From Spirochaetia bacterium (lineage in GTDB: Bacteria > Spirochaetota > Spirochaetia > SZUA-6 > Bin103), in contig CBDATQ010000001.1 of NCBI GenBank assembly GCA_965199955.1, positions 864,001-928,000 of the forward strand: 64,000 bases of DNA, in the 5' to 3' direction. The position numbers and the translations under genes are program-made. This document shows, piece by piece, positions 56,963 to 64,000 of this stretch; position 1 is the stretch's first letter; every line of letters starts with the position of its first letter. The notes under the pieces were generated by a model. The model ran no database searches and was not told the DNA's origin. It saw only the letters and a list, made by a program, of their open reading frames with translations.

Positions 56963-57009
56963 GAACCTCACTCGAAGAGTGAGCGAAGCGAACCTCACTC
57001 GAAGAGTGA
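56963..57009 (+). repeat. 20-nt direct repeat, two copies, period 27, each copy a mini-palindrome
   Basis: GAACCTCACTCGAAGAGTGA at 56963-56982 and 56990-57009; inner TCACTC-GAA-GAGTGA. Confidence 0.9.
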
Positions 57010-57695
57010 TCATCGCCCTGGACACGCCCGACCTGGCACGGGCCGAGCGCCTCATGGACGCGCTTGGCGACCGGCCCGGCTACTACAAGGTGGGCCTGGA
57101 GCTGTTCGCGGCGGAGGGTCCGGCGGCGGTGCGGGCGGTGCGCGACCGCGGTCACCGCGTATTCCTGGACCTCAAGCTGCACGACATTCCCGAGACCGTG
57201 GCGCGGGCCACGCGGGCGGTCGCACGGCTGGGCGTGGAGCTCGTGACCGTGCACGCCACGGGCGGCCCGGCCATGCTCCAGGCCGCCGCCGCCGCGGCGC
57301 AGGAGGGCGCGGACGGCGCGGGCTATGCGCCGACGCTTCTCGGCGTTACTATACTTACGAGCCTCGATCGCGTCGATCTGGACGCGGTCGGACTTGCACC
57401 CGGGCGTCCGGTGAACGACGTGGTGGTCGACCTTGGCCGTATGGCGGTCGACTCCGGCTGCGGCGGCCTGATCGCCGCCGGCAGCGATGCCCGGGCGCTG
57501 CGCGCTGCCGTTGGTCCGGACGCCAGGATCGTCACCCCCGGGGTGCGACCGGTCTGGGCGGCCGCGCACGACCAGAAACGAATCGTCACGCCGCCGGCGG
57601 CACTCGCCGCAGGAGCCGATTACGTGGTCGTCGGCCGGGCGGTGACCGCCGCCCCGGATCCGGCCGGCGCCTTCGAACGACTCATGGAGCAATAA
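56979..57695 (+). CDS. pyrF: Orotidine-5'-phosphate decarboxylase
   Basis: IIALD, KVGLEL, FLDLKLHDIPETV, VTILTS, TPGVR, VVGR. Start 56937, 56979 or 57006. Confidence 0.95.
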   Translation: MSEANLTRRVIIALDTPDLARAERLMDALGDRPGYYKVGLELFAAEGPAAVRAVRDRGHRVFLDLKLHDIPETVARATRAVARLGVELVTVHATGGPAMLQAAAAAAQEGADGAGYAPTLLGVTILTSLDRVDLDAVGLAPGRPVNDVVVDLGRMAVDSGCGGLIAAGSDARALRAAVGPDARIVTPGVRPVWAAAHDQKRIVTPPAALAAGADYVVVGRAVTAAPDPAGAFERLMEQ

Positions 57696-57703
57696 GACAA
57701 CCG

Positions 57704-59311
57704 ATGAAGTTCACCGATCTCAACCTGGATCCCAGGATCCAGGACGGAATCCGCGACGCCGGGTTCGTCGAATGCACGAAAGTCCAGGAACGTACCTTCG
57801 AGTACTCGCTGGAAGGCATCGACGTGACCGTGCAGTCCCAGACCGGAACCGGCAAGACCGCCGCGTTCCTGATCTCGATCTTCGAGCTGTTCCTCAAGGA
57901 GGAATACTTCGACGACCGATTCGCGCTCATCATCGTCCCCACCCGCGAGCTTGCGGTGCAGATCGAGCAGGAGGCGCTCCTGCTCGCCAAGCACCTCGAC
58001 TTCAAGATGGCCTGCGTGTACGGAGGCGTCGGCTACGAGGAACAGGAACGAGCCCTGCGCGAGGGTGTGGATATCCTCATCGCCACCCCGGGCCGGCTGC
58101 TCGATTTCGACCGCTCCGGCAAGGTGCCGCTGCCGGACGTCGGCGCCCTGGTGATCGACGAGGCGGACCGCCTGTTCGACATGGGCTTCATGCCGGACGT
58201 GCGCAAGATCCTGCGGCGCGTGCCGCCCGCCAAGGAGCGCTGGACCATGCTGTCCAGCGCCACCCTCGACGGCCGGGTGCGCAACCTGGCGTGGCGGGAC
58301 ATGAGCAAGCCGGCGGAGATCGCGATCGAGCCGGAGCGGGTGACGGTGGACACCGTCACGCAGAGCCTCTACCACGTCACCAAGCAGCAGAAGCTCAGCC
58401 TGTTGCTCGGCCTGCTGGAGCGGGAGAACCCCGAGAGCGCGTTGATCTTCACCAACACCAAGCACGCCTGCGAGCAGGTGGCGCGGCGGCTGTCCATGAA
58501 CGGCCGCGAGGCCGAGTTCATCATGGGCGACCTGCCGCAGAAGAAGCGCCAGAAGCTGATCGATCAGCTCAAGGAGGGCAACCTGCCGATCCTGGTGGCA
58601 ACCGACGTGGCGGCGCGCGGGCTGCACATCGACGACCTGGATCTGGTGGTCAACTACGACCTGCCGGAGCACACTGAGAATTACGTCCACCGCATCGGCC
58701 GCACCGCGCGCGCCGGCAAGCGCGGCAAGGCGGTCTCCCTGGTATGCGAGGAGTTCGTCTACGGCCTGCAGGCGATCGAGGAGTTCACCCGCAAGGAGAT
58801 TCCCGTGGAGCGGGCGGCCGCGGAGCTGTTCGTCACCGACCGCTCGGCCGGTAGGCGGATTCCGTACGGCCCGCGCCACCGGCCTGGTGACCAGCGGCCC
58901 GGAGGCCAGCCAGCGCGCGATCGCCGTCCGCCCGCCCGCCCTTCGTCCGACGACGGCCGGCGCAGGCAGCAGCGGCCCGCCGACCGGCGTCCCGTGGGCG
59001 CGCAGGACCGCAGCGACCGGCCATCCCGACGGAGTCGGCCCGAGCACCGGGACCGCGGGGCACCCGCCCGGCCACGGCCCGTGCGTCCACCGGCCGCCGT
59101 CCCCGCCGCCGCACGGGCGGGAAACCGAGCCGGATCGGGCGGCGGTCGTCCGCGCGCGCCCGAAGCGACCAACGGAACGAAACCCCGGCCCGCGACCTCG
59201 CCCGCGAAGAAGGAGGCTCCGGCCGCTCCCGTTCGTCCTCCGGCGCCCACGAAGCGTTCGCTGCTCAAGAGACTCCTGGGCCGGCTGACCGGTAAAGCCG
59301 ACGACGCGTGA
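57704..59311 (+). CDS. DEAD-box RNA helicase (RhlB-like) with disordered Arg/Pro-rich tail
   Basis: QTGTGKT, PTRELA, TPGRL, DEAD, SAT, ARGL, YVHRIGRTAR. Confidence 0.93.
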   Translation: MKFTDLNLDPRIQDGIRDAGFVECTKVQERTFEYSLEGIDVTVQSQTGTGKTAAFLISIFELFLKEEYFDDRFALIIVPTRELAVQIEQEALLLAKHLDFKMACVYGGVGYEEQERALREGVDILIATPGRLLDFDRSGKVPLPDVGALVIDEADRLFDMGFMPDVRKILRRVPPAKERWTMLSSATLDGRVRNLAWRDMSKPAEIAIEPERVTVDTVTQSLYHVTKQQKLSLLLGLLERENPESALIFTNTKHACEQVARRLSMNGREAEFIMGDLPQKKRQKLIDQLKEGNLPILVATDVAARGLHIDDLDLVVNYDLPEHTENYVHRIGRTARAGKRGKAVSLVCEEFVYGLQAIEEFTRKEIPVERAAAELFVTDRSAGRRIPYGPRHRPGDQRPGGQPARDRRPPARPSSDDGRRRQQRPADRRPVGAQDRSDRPSRRSRPEHRDRGAPARPRPVRPPAAVPAAARAGNRAGSGGGRPRAPEATNGTKPRPATSPAKKEAPAAPVRPPAPTKRSLLKRLLGRLTGKADDA

Positions 59312-60180
59312 GCCCAGCCGGCGCGACGATCATCGCCGGCGCGGAGGTCGCGGTTGCGTTGCGCAAGGAGGTGAGCGCGGCCGCCGCCAGATCGACGGCG
59401 GCCGCCGGCCGTCAGCCGCGGCTGGACGTGCTGCTGATCGGCGACGATCCAGCCTCCGCGTGGTATGCTGGCGCGAAGCGCAAGCTCGGCCGGCGGCTCG
59501 GCATCGAGGTGCGGGTCATCGAGCTGGCGGCCGACACGCCAGCCGCGGACGCCGCCGACGCGGTCGGCCACGCGAGCCGCGATCCGCTCGTCGACGGGGT
59601 GATCATCGAGTTGCCGCTGCCGCAGGGGATCCCGCTCGCCGGACTCCGGGACCGTCTGGACCCGGTGAAGGACGTCGACGGCATCACCTCCGCCAACCGG
59701 GCGGCGCTCTTCGACGGGCACGAGGAGGGGGCGCTGGTGCCGGCCACGGCGCTGGCCTGCGTCCGCATGATCGAGCACTGCGGCCGCACCATCCGCGGCG
59801 CAGCGGTCGCCATCGTCGGCCGCGGGCCGACCGTGGGCCGTCCCGTAGCCGCCGCGCTGGTCAACCGTCACGCCACGGTCACGGTGTGTCACACCCGCAC
59901 GCGCGATCTGGGCGCGGTGCTCGGCGAGGCGGAGGTGGTGGTGGCCGCCGCCGGCGTGCCGCGTCTGGTCACCGGAGCGATGATCCGGCCCGGCGCGGCG
60001 GTGATCGACGCCGGCACCAACCAGGTGGGAGACGAACTGGTCGGCGACGTGGAGCCTGAATCGGTCGCTGCGGTCGCCGGCGCGCTGACCCCGGTGCCGG
60101 GCGGCGTGGGAACGGTCACCACGGCGATGATCATGGCCAACGTGATGCGCGCGGCCGACATGCGGGGGATCGCGGGATGA
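59308..60180 (+). CDS. folD: Methylene-THF dehydrogenase (FolD family)
   Basis: GDDPAS.WY...K, KDVDG, ATVTVCHTRT, TPVPGGVG. Confidence 0.92.
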   Translation: MSPAGATIIAGAEVAVALRKEVSAAAARSTAAAGRQPRLDVLLIGDDPASAWYAGAKRKLGRRLGIEVRVIELAADTPAADAADAVGHASRDPLVDGVIIELPLPQGIPLAGLRDRLDPVKDVDGITSANRAALFDGHEEGALVPATALACVRMIEHCGRTIRGAAVAIVGRGPTVGRPVAAALVNRHATVTVCHTRTRDLGAVLGEAEVVVAAAGVPRLVTGAMIRPGAAVIDAGTNQVGDELVGDVEPESVAAVAGALTPVPGGVGTVTTAMIMANVMRAADMRGIAG

Positions 60181-60809
60181 GCATGCTGGCGTTGCCGGTG
60201 ACGGAGTTCCTGGCGCAGGCCGCGTCCCGTTCGTCGGCCCCGGGCGGCGGCGCGGTGGCCGCCGTGACCGGTGCCGGCGCCGCTGCTCTGGTGTCGATGG
60301 TCGGGGAGCTGACCATCGGCCGAAAGCGCTACCGGGACGTGCAAATGGAGGTCACGGCGCTCCGCGACCGGGCGGTCGCCGCCAGGCGCGCGCTGCAGGA
60401 GGCGGCCGTCGAGGACGCCGACGCCTACGGGGCGTACCTGCGGGCGTCGGCCGTGCCCAAGGAAGACGCCGCCGCGCGCGAGCGGTGCGAAGCGGAGGTC
60501 GCCGCCGCCGTGGTGCGCATGACGCGCGCGCCGCTGGCCACGGCCGAGCGCTGCGTCGAGGTGCTGGGGCTGGCCCGGCAGCTCGCGCCGATCGGCGCCC
60601 TGCACGCCATCAGCGACGTCGGCGTCGCGTTGCATCTGGCGCACGCGGCGCTGAGATCGGCACTGTTGACTGTCGACGTCAATCTTCCGTTTCTGCGTGA
60701 TGCGGAGGCGGCAGATTCGATCAAAAAGCGCAGAATGGATCTTGAATCGAAGGCAGAACGCGACGTTTTTGAAGGAAAGAGCGCTGTTTACGCGCGCCTG
60801 GGTGGATGA
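60177..60809 (+). CDS. fchA: Cyclodeaminase/cyclohydrolase (FTCD_C; FchA-like methenyl-THF cyclohydrolase)
   Basis: APGGGAVAA, LVSMVGELT, DADAY, ISDVGVA, VDVNL. Confidence 0.82.
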   Translation: MSMLALPVTEFLAQAASRSSAPGGGAVAAVTGAGAAALVSMVGELTIGRKRYRDVQMEVTALRDRAVAARRALQEAAVEDADAYGAYLRASAVPKEDAAARERCEAEVAAAVVRMTRAPLATAERCVEVLGLARQLAPIGALHAISDVGVALHLAHAALRSALLTVDVNLPFLRDAEAADSIKKRRMDLESKAERDVFEGKSAVYARLGG

Positions 60810-60949
60810 ATATGGCAATGTTCTTCACATTATTGCCAATTACTGATCGAGATCGATACGAGGATACGGAATAGCCCTGTTTGCTGAGGCATTCCGGATG
60901 CAACTGTCCAGGAACCGCCCCAGGATTTGCAAAATATCGTGCATAGGAC

Positions 60950-60979
60950 TTGACAGCCTGCGATGATGACTCGTATGTT
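60950..60979 (+). promoter_or_regulatory. sigma70-like promoter of ilvBN
   Basis: TTGACA-N18-TATGTT in an AT-rich gap; AGGAG SD at 60991. Confidence 0.6.
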
Positions 60980-61002
60980 TCTCTACTCACAGGAGTGAAG
61001 CG

Positions 61003-62730
61003 ATGGCAATGACGGACAACGGCATGGAAGGCGGACACGTCCTGATCAAGTGCCTGGAACAGGCCGGGATCAAGCACGTGTTCGGCCTGTCGGGCGGAGC
61101 GGCGCTGCCGATCTTCGACGCGCTGGTCGCGACCGGGACCGACATGGAGTTCATCCTGGTCCGCCACGAGCAGGGCGCCGCTCACATGGCCGACGGCTAC
61201 GCGCGCGCCACCGGCAAGCCGGCCTGCGTGCTGGTCACCAGCGGTCCCGGCGCCACCAACACCCTGACCGGGATCATGACCGCGCACATGGACTCGGTGC
61301 CGATGATCGTCGTCTCCGGGCAGCAGGTGACCTGGATGCTCGGCAAGGACGCCTTTCAGGAGGCGGACATCTTCGGCGTGACCATGCCGATCGTGAAGCA
61401 CAGCTACCTGGTCAAGGAGACGGCCGACATCCCCCGTACCGTGCGGGAGGCCGTGCACATCGCCACCAGCGGCCGTCCCGGCCCGGTGCTCATCGACGTT
61501 CCCAAGAACGTCAGCCAGGGGCCGTTCGTGGGCTCCATGGAGCCCGGCCTGGAGCTGCCCGGCTACCACGTGCCGGAGCTGACCGATCGGGAGTCCATCC
61601 ACGACATCGCGGAGGCGCTGGGCAACGCGCGCCGGCCGGTGCTGCTGATCGGGCACGGCGCCCTGATCGCAGGCGCGCACGAGGCGGTGCGCGCGCTGGC
61701 CGAGAAGCTGCACGCCCCGGTGACCACCACGCTGCTGGGCAAGGGCGCGTTCCCGGAGACCCATCCGCTGTCGCTGGGCATGCTGGGCATGCACGGCACT
61801 GCGTACGCGAACAAGGCGGTCATGGAGTGCGACCTGATCATGTCGGTCGGCTCCCGCTTCGACGACCGCATCGTCGGCGACCCGACCAAGTTCTGCCAGA
61901 ACGCCACCAAGATCCACATCGACATCGACGAGGGTGAGATCGGCAAGATGATCAAGCCCGACCTGCACTGCGTGGCCGATGCCCGCGTGGCGCTGGAGGA
62001 GCTGACCAGGCACGTCGGCCGGCTGGAGACCGAGGAGTGGCTGACCCGGCTGGACGGATACAAGAAGCGTTATCCGCTGAAGTACCGCAAGCAGGGTGGG
62101 TTGAAAATGCAGCACGTGATCGACGAGCTCTACCACCTGACGGGCGGGCGCGCGATCGTCTCCAGCGACGTCGGCCAGCACCAGATGTGGGCGGCGCAGT
62201 TCTACCTGACCGACCACCCCGACAACTGGCTCTCATCCGGCGGTGCCGGCAGCATGGGCTTCGGCTTCCCCGCGGCGATCGGCGCCCAGTTCGGCCGTCC
62301 GGACGACCTTGTGCTGGCGATCGTCGGCGACGGCGGCTTCCAGATGACCATGTGCGAGCTGGCCACCGCCTGCATCCACAAGCTGCCGCTCAAGGTGATC
62401 GTGCTCAACAACCACTACCTGGGCATGGTCCGGCAGTGGCAGGAGCTGTTCTACGACGAACGGGAGAGCGGGGTCGACCTGGAGGGCAACCCGGACTTCG
62501 CCAAGCTGGCGCAGTCGTTCGGGGCCATGGGGCTCAACCTGCGCCGCCCCGGCGACGTGCGCAAGGTCCTGACCCGGGCGCTGGAGTACGAAGACGGCCC
62601 GGTGCTCGTCAACGCGGAGGTCGAGAAGGCGGACAACGTCTACCCGATGGTCCCCTCCGGCCAGCCGCTGGAGACCATGATCATCGACCGGCCGACCACC
62701 AAGCTGGCCAAGCCGGTGGGGTCCACCTGA
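61003..62730 (+). CDS. ilvB: Acetolactate synthase large subunit
   Basis: RHEQGA, TSGPGATN, GRPGPV, GMHG, DVGQHQMW, GDGGFQM...NN. Confidence 0.95.
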   Translation: MAMTDNGMEGGHVLIKCLEQAGIKHVFGLSGGAALPIFDALVATGTDMEFILVRHEQGAAHMADGYARATGKPACVLVTSGPGATNTLTGIMTAHMDSVPMIVVSGQQVTWMLGKDAFQEADIFGVTMPIVKHSYLVKETADIPRTVREAVHIATSGRPGPVLIDVPKNVSQGPFVGSMEPGLELPGYHVPELTDRESIHDIAEALGNARRPVLLIGHGALIAGAHEAVRALAEKLHAPVTTTLLGKGAFPETHPLSLGMLGMHGTAYANKAVMECDLIMSVGSRFDDRIVGDPTKFCQNATKIHIDIDEGEIGKMIKPDLHCVADARVALEELTRHVGRLETEEWLTRLDGYKKRYPLKYRKQGGLKMQHVIDELYHLTGGRAIVSSDVGQHQMWAAQFYLTDHPDNWLSSGGAGSMGFGFPAAIGAQFGRPDDLVLAIVGDGGFQMTMCELATACIHKLPLKVIVLNNHYLGMVRQWQELFYDERESGVDLEGNPDFAKLAQSFGAMGLNLRRPGDVRKVLTRALEYEDGPVLVNAEVEKADNVYPMVPSGQPLETMIIDRPTTKLAKPVGST

Positions 62731-63260
62731 TGGCGTCGGGAAACGGGCACGTGGGCAGCCTGATGGAGGAGCGCCCGGTCAACACGTTGAGCGCCCTGGT
62801 TGCCAACAAGCCGGGTGTCCTGGCCCGCATCGCGCAGGTGTTCGCGCGGCGCGCCTACAACATCGAGTCGCTGGTGGTCTCGCCGGCGCACAACGGCGCC
62901 TACTCGCGGATGACGATCGGCGCGTCGGGCGATCCGCAGGGTCTGGATCAGATCATCAAGGGGGTCAACAAGCTGGTGGACGTCATCCACTGCTTCGACC
63001 ACACTTTCGACCGCGCCGTGGTGCAGGAGCTGGCGCTGGTGAAGATCTCCTGCCGGTCGGACCAGCGCACCGAGGCGCTGCAGATCTGCGACCACTTCGA
63101 CTGCACCACCGAGGACCTCACCGAGCAGTCGATGATCCTCAAGTGCACGGGGTCGTCGGAAAAGGTCGACGCGCTGCTCGGCATGCTCGAGAAGTTCGGG
63201 ATCGTCGAGATGATCCGCACCGGCAAAGTTGTGATGGCACGGGGCGGGGAAGTAACCTGA
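62730..63260 (+). CDS. ilvN: Acetolactate synthase small subunit
   Basis: NKPGVLARI..FARRAYNIESL ACT domain, EMIRTG. Confidence 0.93.
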   Translation: MASGNGHVGSLMEERPVNTLSALVANKPGVLARIAQVFARRAYNIESLVVSPAHNGAYSRMTIGASGDPQGLDQIIKGVNKLVDVIHCFDHTFDRAVVQELALVKISCRSDQRTEALQICDHFDCTTEDLTEQSMILKCTGSSEKVDALLGMLEKFGIVEMIRTGKVVMARGGEVT

Positions 63261-63264
63261 CGGG

Positions 63265-64000
63265 GTGAGCGGCGACCGGGCCGCCGGCGACGGAAGCCGG
63301 CGGCTGTTCCTGATCGACGGCATGCCGATCGTCTATCAGGCGTACTTCGTCTTCCTGTCCAACCCGCGCCTGACCTCGCGCGGCGTCAACACCTCGGCCG
63401 CCTTCGGCTACACCAACTCGCTGGTCAAGATCATCGAGGAGGAGCAGCCCACGCACATGGCGGTCGTGTTCGACGCCGCCGGCCGCAACCGCCGCCACGA
63501 CGAATACGGCGAGTACAAGGCGCAGCGGGAGAAGGCGCCGGAGGAGATGCTGGACTCGCTCGACGACGTCCACGCCATTACCGCGGCGCTGAGAATTCCG
63601 GAGATCACTTGGCCGGGCGCGGAGGCCGACGACGTCATCGGCACCATCGCCGCGCAGGCCGAGGCGGCAGGCTTCCACACGTGGCTGGTGACGCCGGACA
63701 AGGACTTGGCGCAGCTCGTGACCGATCGCACCACGCTCTACCGGGTCAGCCGCACGCCCGGCAGCCCTGCGTCGATCTTCGGGCCGGCTCAGGTGCGCGA
63801 GCGCTGGGGCGTCACCGACGTCTCGCAGGTGGTCGACGTGCTGGCGCTGGTGGGCGACTCGGTCGACAACATCCCCGGCGTTCCCGGCGTCGGCGACAAG
63901 ACGGCGCAGAAGCTGCTGGCACAGTTCGGGACGGTCGAGGAGCTGATCGGGCGCGCCGGTGACCTCAAGGGCAAGCAGCGCGAGCGGATCGAGCAGTTCG
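63265..64000 (+). CDS. polA: DNA polymerase I N-terminal 5'-3' exonuclease domain (partial)
   Basis: Manual translation from GTG 63265: LFLIDG, VVFD, YKAQR, EADDVIGT, DKDLAQL, GDSVDNIPGVPGVGDKTA. A stand-alone exonuclease cannot be excluded. Confidence 0.85.
   Translation, partial: MSGDRAAGDGSRRLFLIDGMPIVYQAYFVFLSNPRLTSRGVNTSAAFGYTNSLVKIIEEEQPTHMAVVFDAAGRNRRHDEYGEYKAQREKAPEEMLDSLDDVHAITAALRIPEITWPGAEADDVIGTIAAQAEAAGFHTWLVTPDKDLAQLVTDRTTLYRVSRTPGSPASIFGPAQVRERWGVTDVSQVVDVLALVGDSVDNIPGVPGVGDKTAQKLLAQFGTVEELIGRAGDLKGKQRERIEQF

Noticed and set aside
56963..57009. Possible mini-CRISPR
   Set aside because: Only two 20-nt copies with a 7-nt spacer, and no cas genes.
60806..60874. Short ORF MNMAMFFTLLPITDRDRYEDTE as an ilvB leader peptide
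   Set aside because: Weak Ile/Leu/Val enrichment, lies upstream of the predicted promoter, and no terminator follows.

Overview
High-GC (roughly 70% by eye) bacterial chromosomal window that is mostly gene-dense core metabolism. It carries a partial hydantoinase/oxoprolinase, trxB, sodA, dus, lipA, iscA-like, queG-mnmE-mnmG, miaB overlapping a mevalonate operon (mvaS, mvaA, mvaD, mvaK2, mvaK1; no idi), a cation antiporter with a PTS-IIA/PII-like partner, a lone 2-oxoacid dehydrogenase E2, a cysM-mec-[sulfur carrier::MoeZ fusion] module, leuCD-ilvD, a PyrR-regulated pyr/car operon lacking pyrE, a DEAD-box helicase, folD-fchA, ilvBN and the start of polA. The best candidate for an undescribed system is the 12-kb divergent catabolic island at 6166-18310: nucleoside phosphorylase, YjbQ, SIS protein, PfkB kinase, nucleoside hydrolase, a carbohydrate ABC importer, and two tandem ~710-aa ADP-ribosylglycohydrolase-family proteins. 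Intergenic gaps repeatedly hold toxin-antitoxin and IS debris. The Borrelia-like mevalonate gene order hints at a high-GC spirochaete, but this is inference only. No rRNA, tRNA or CRISPR array was seen. All family assignments come from reading motifs by eye; no database search was run.
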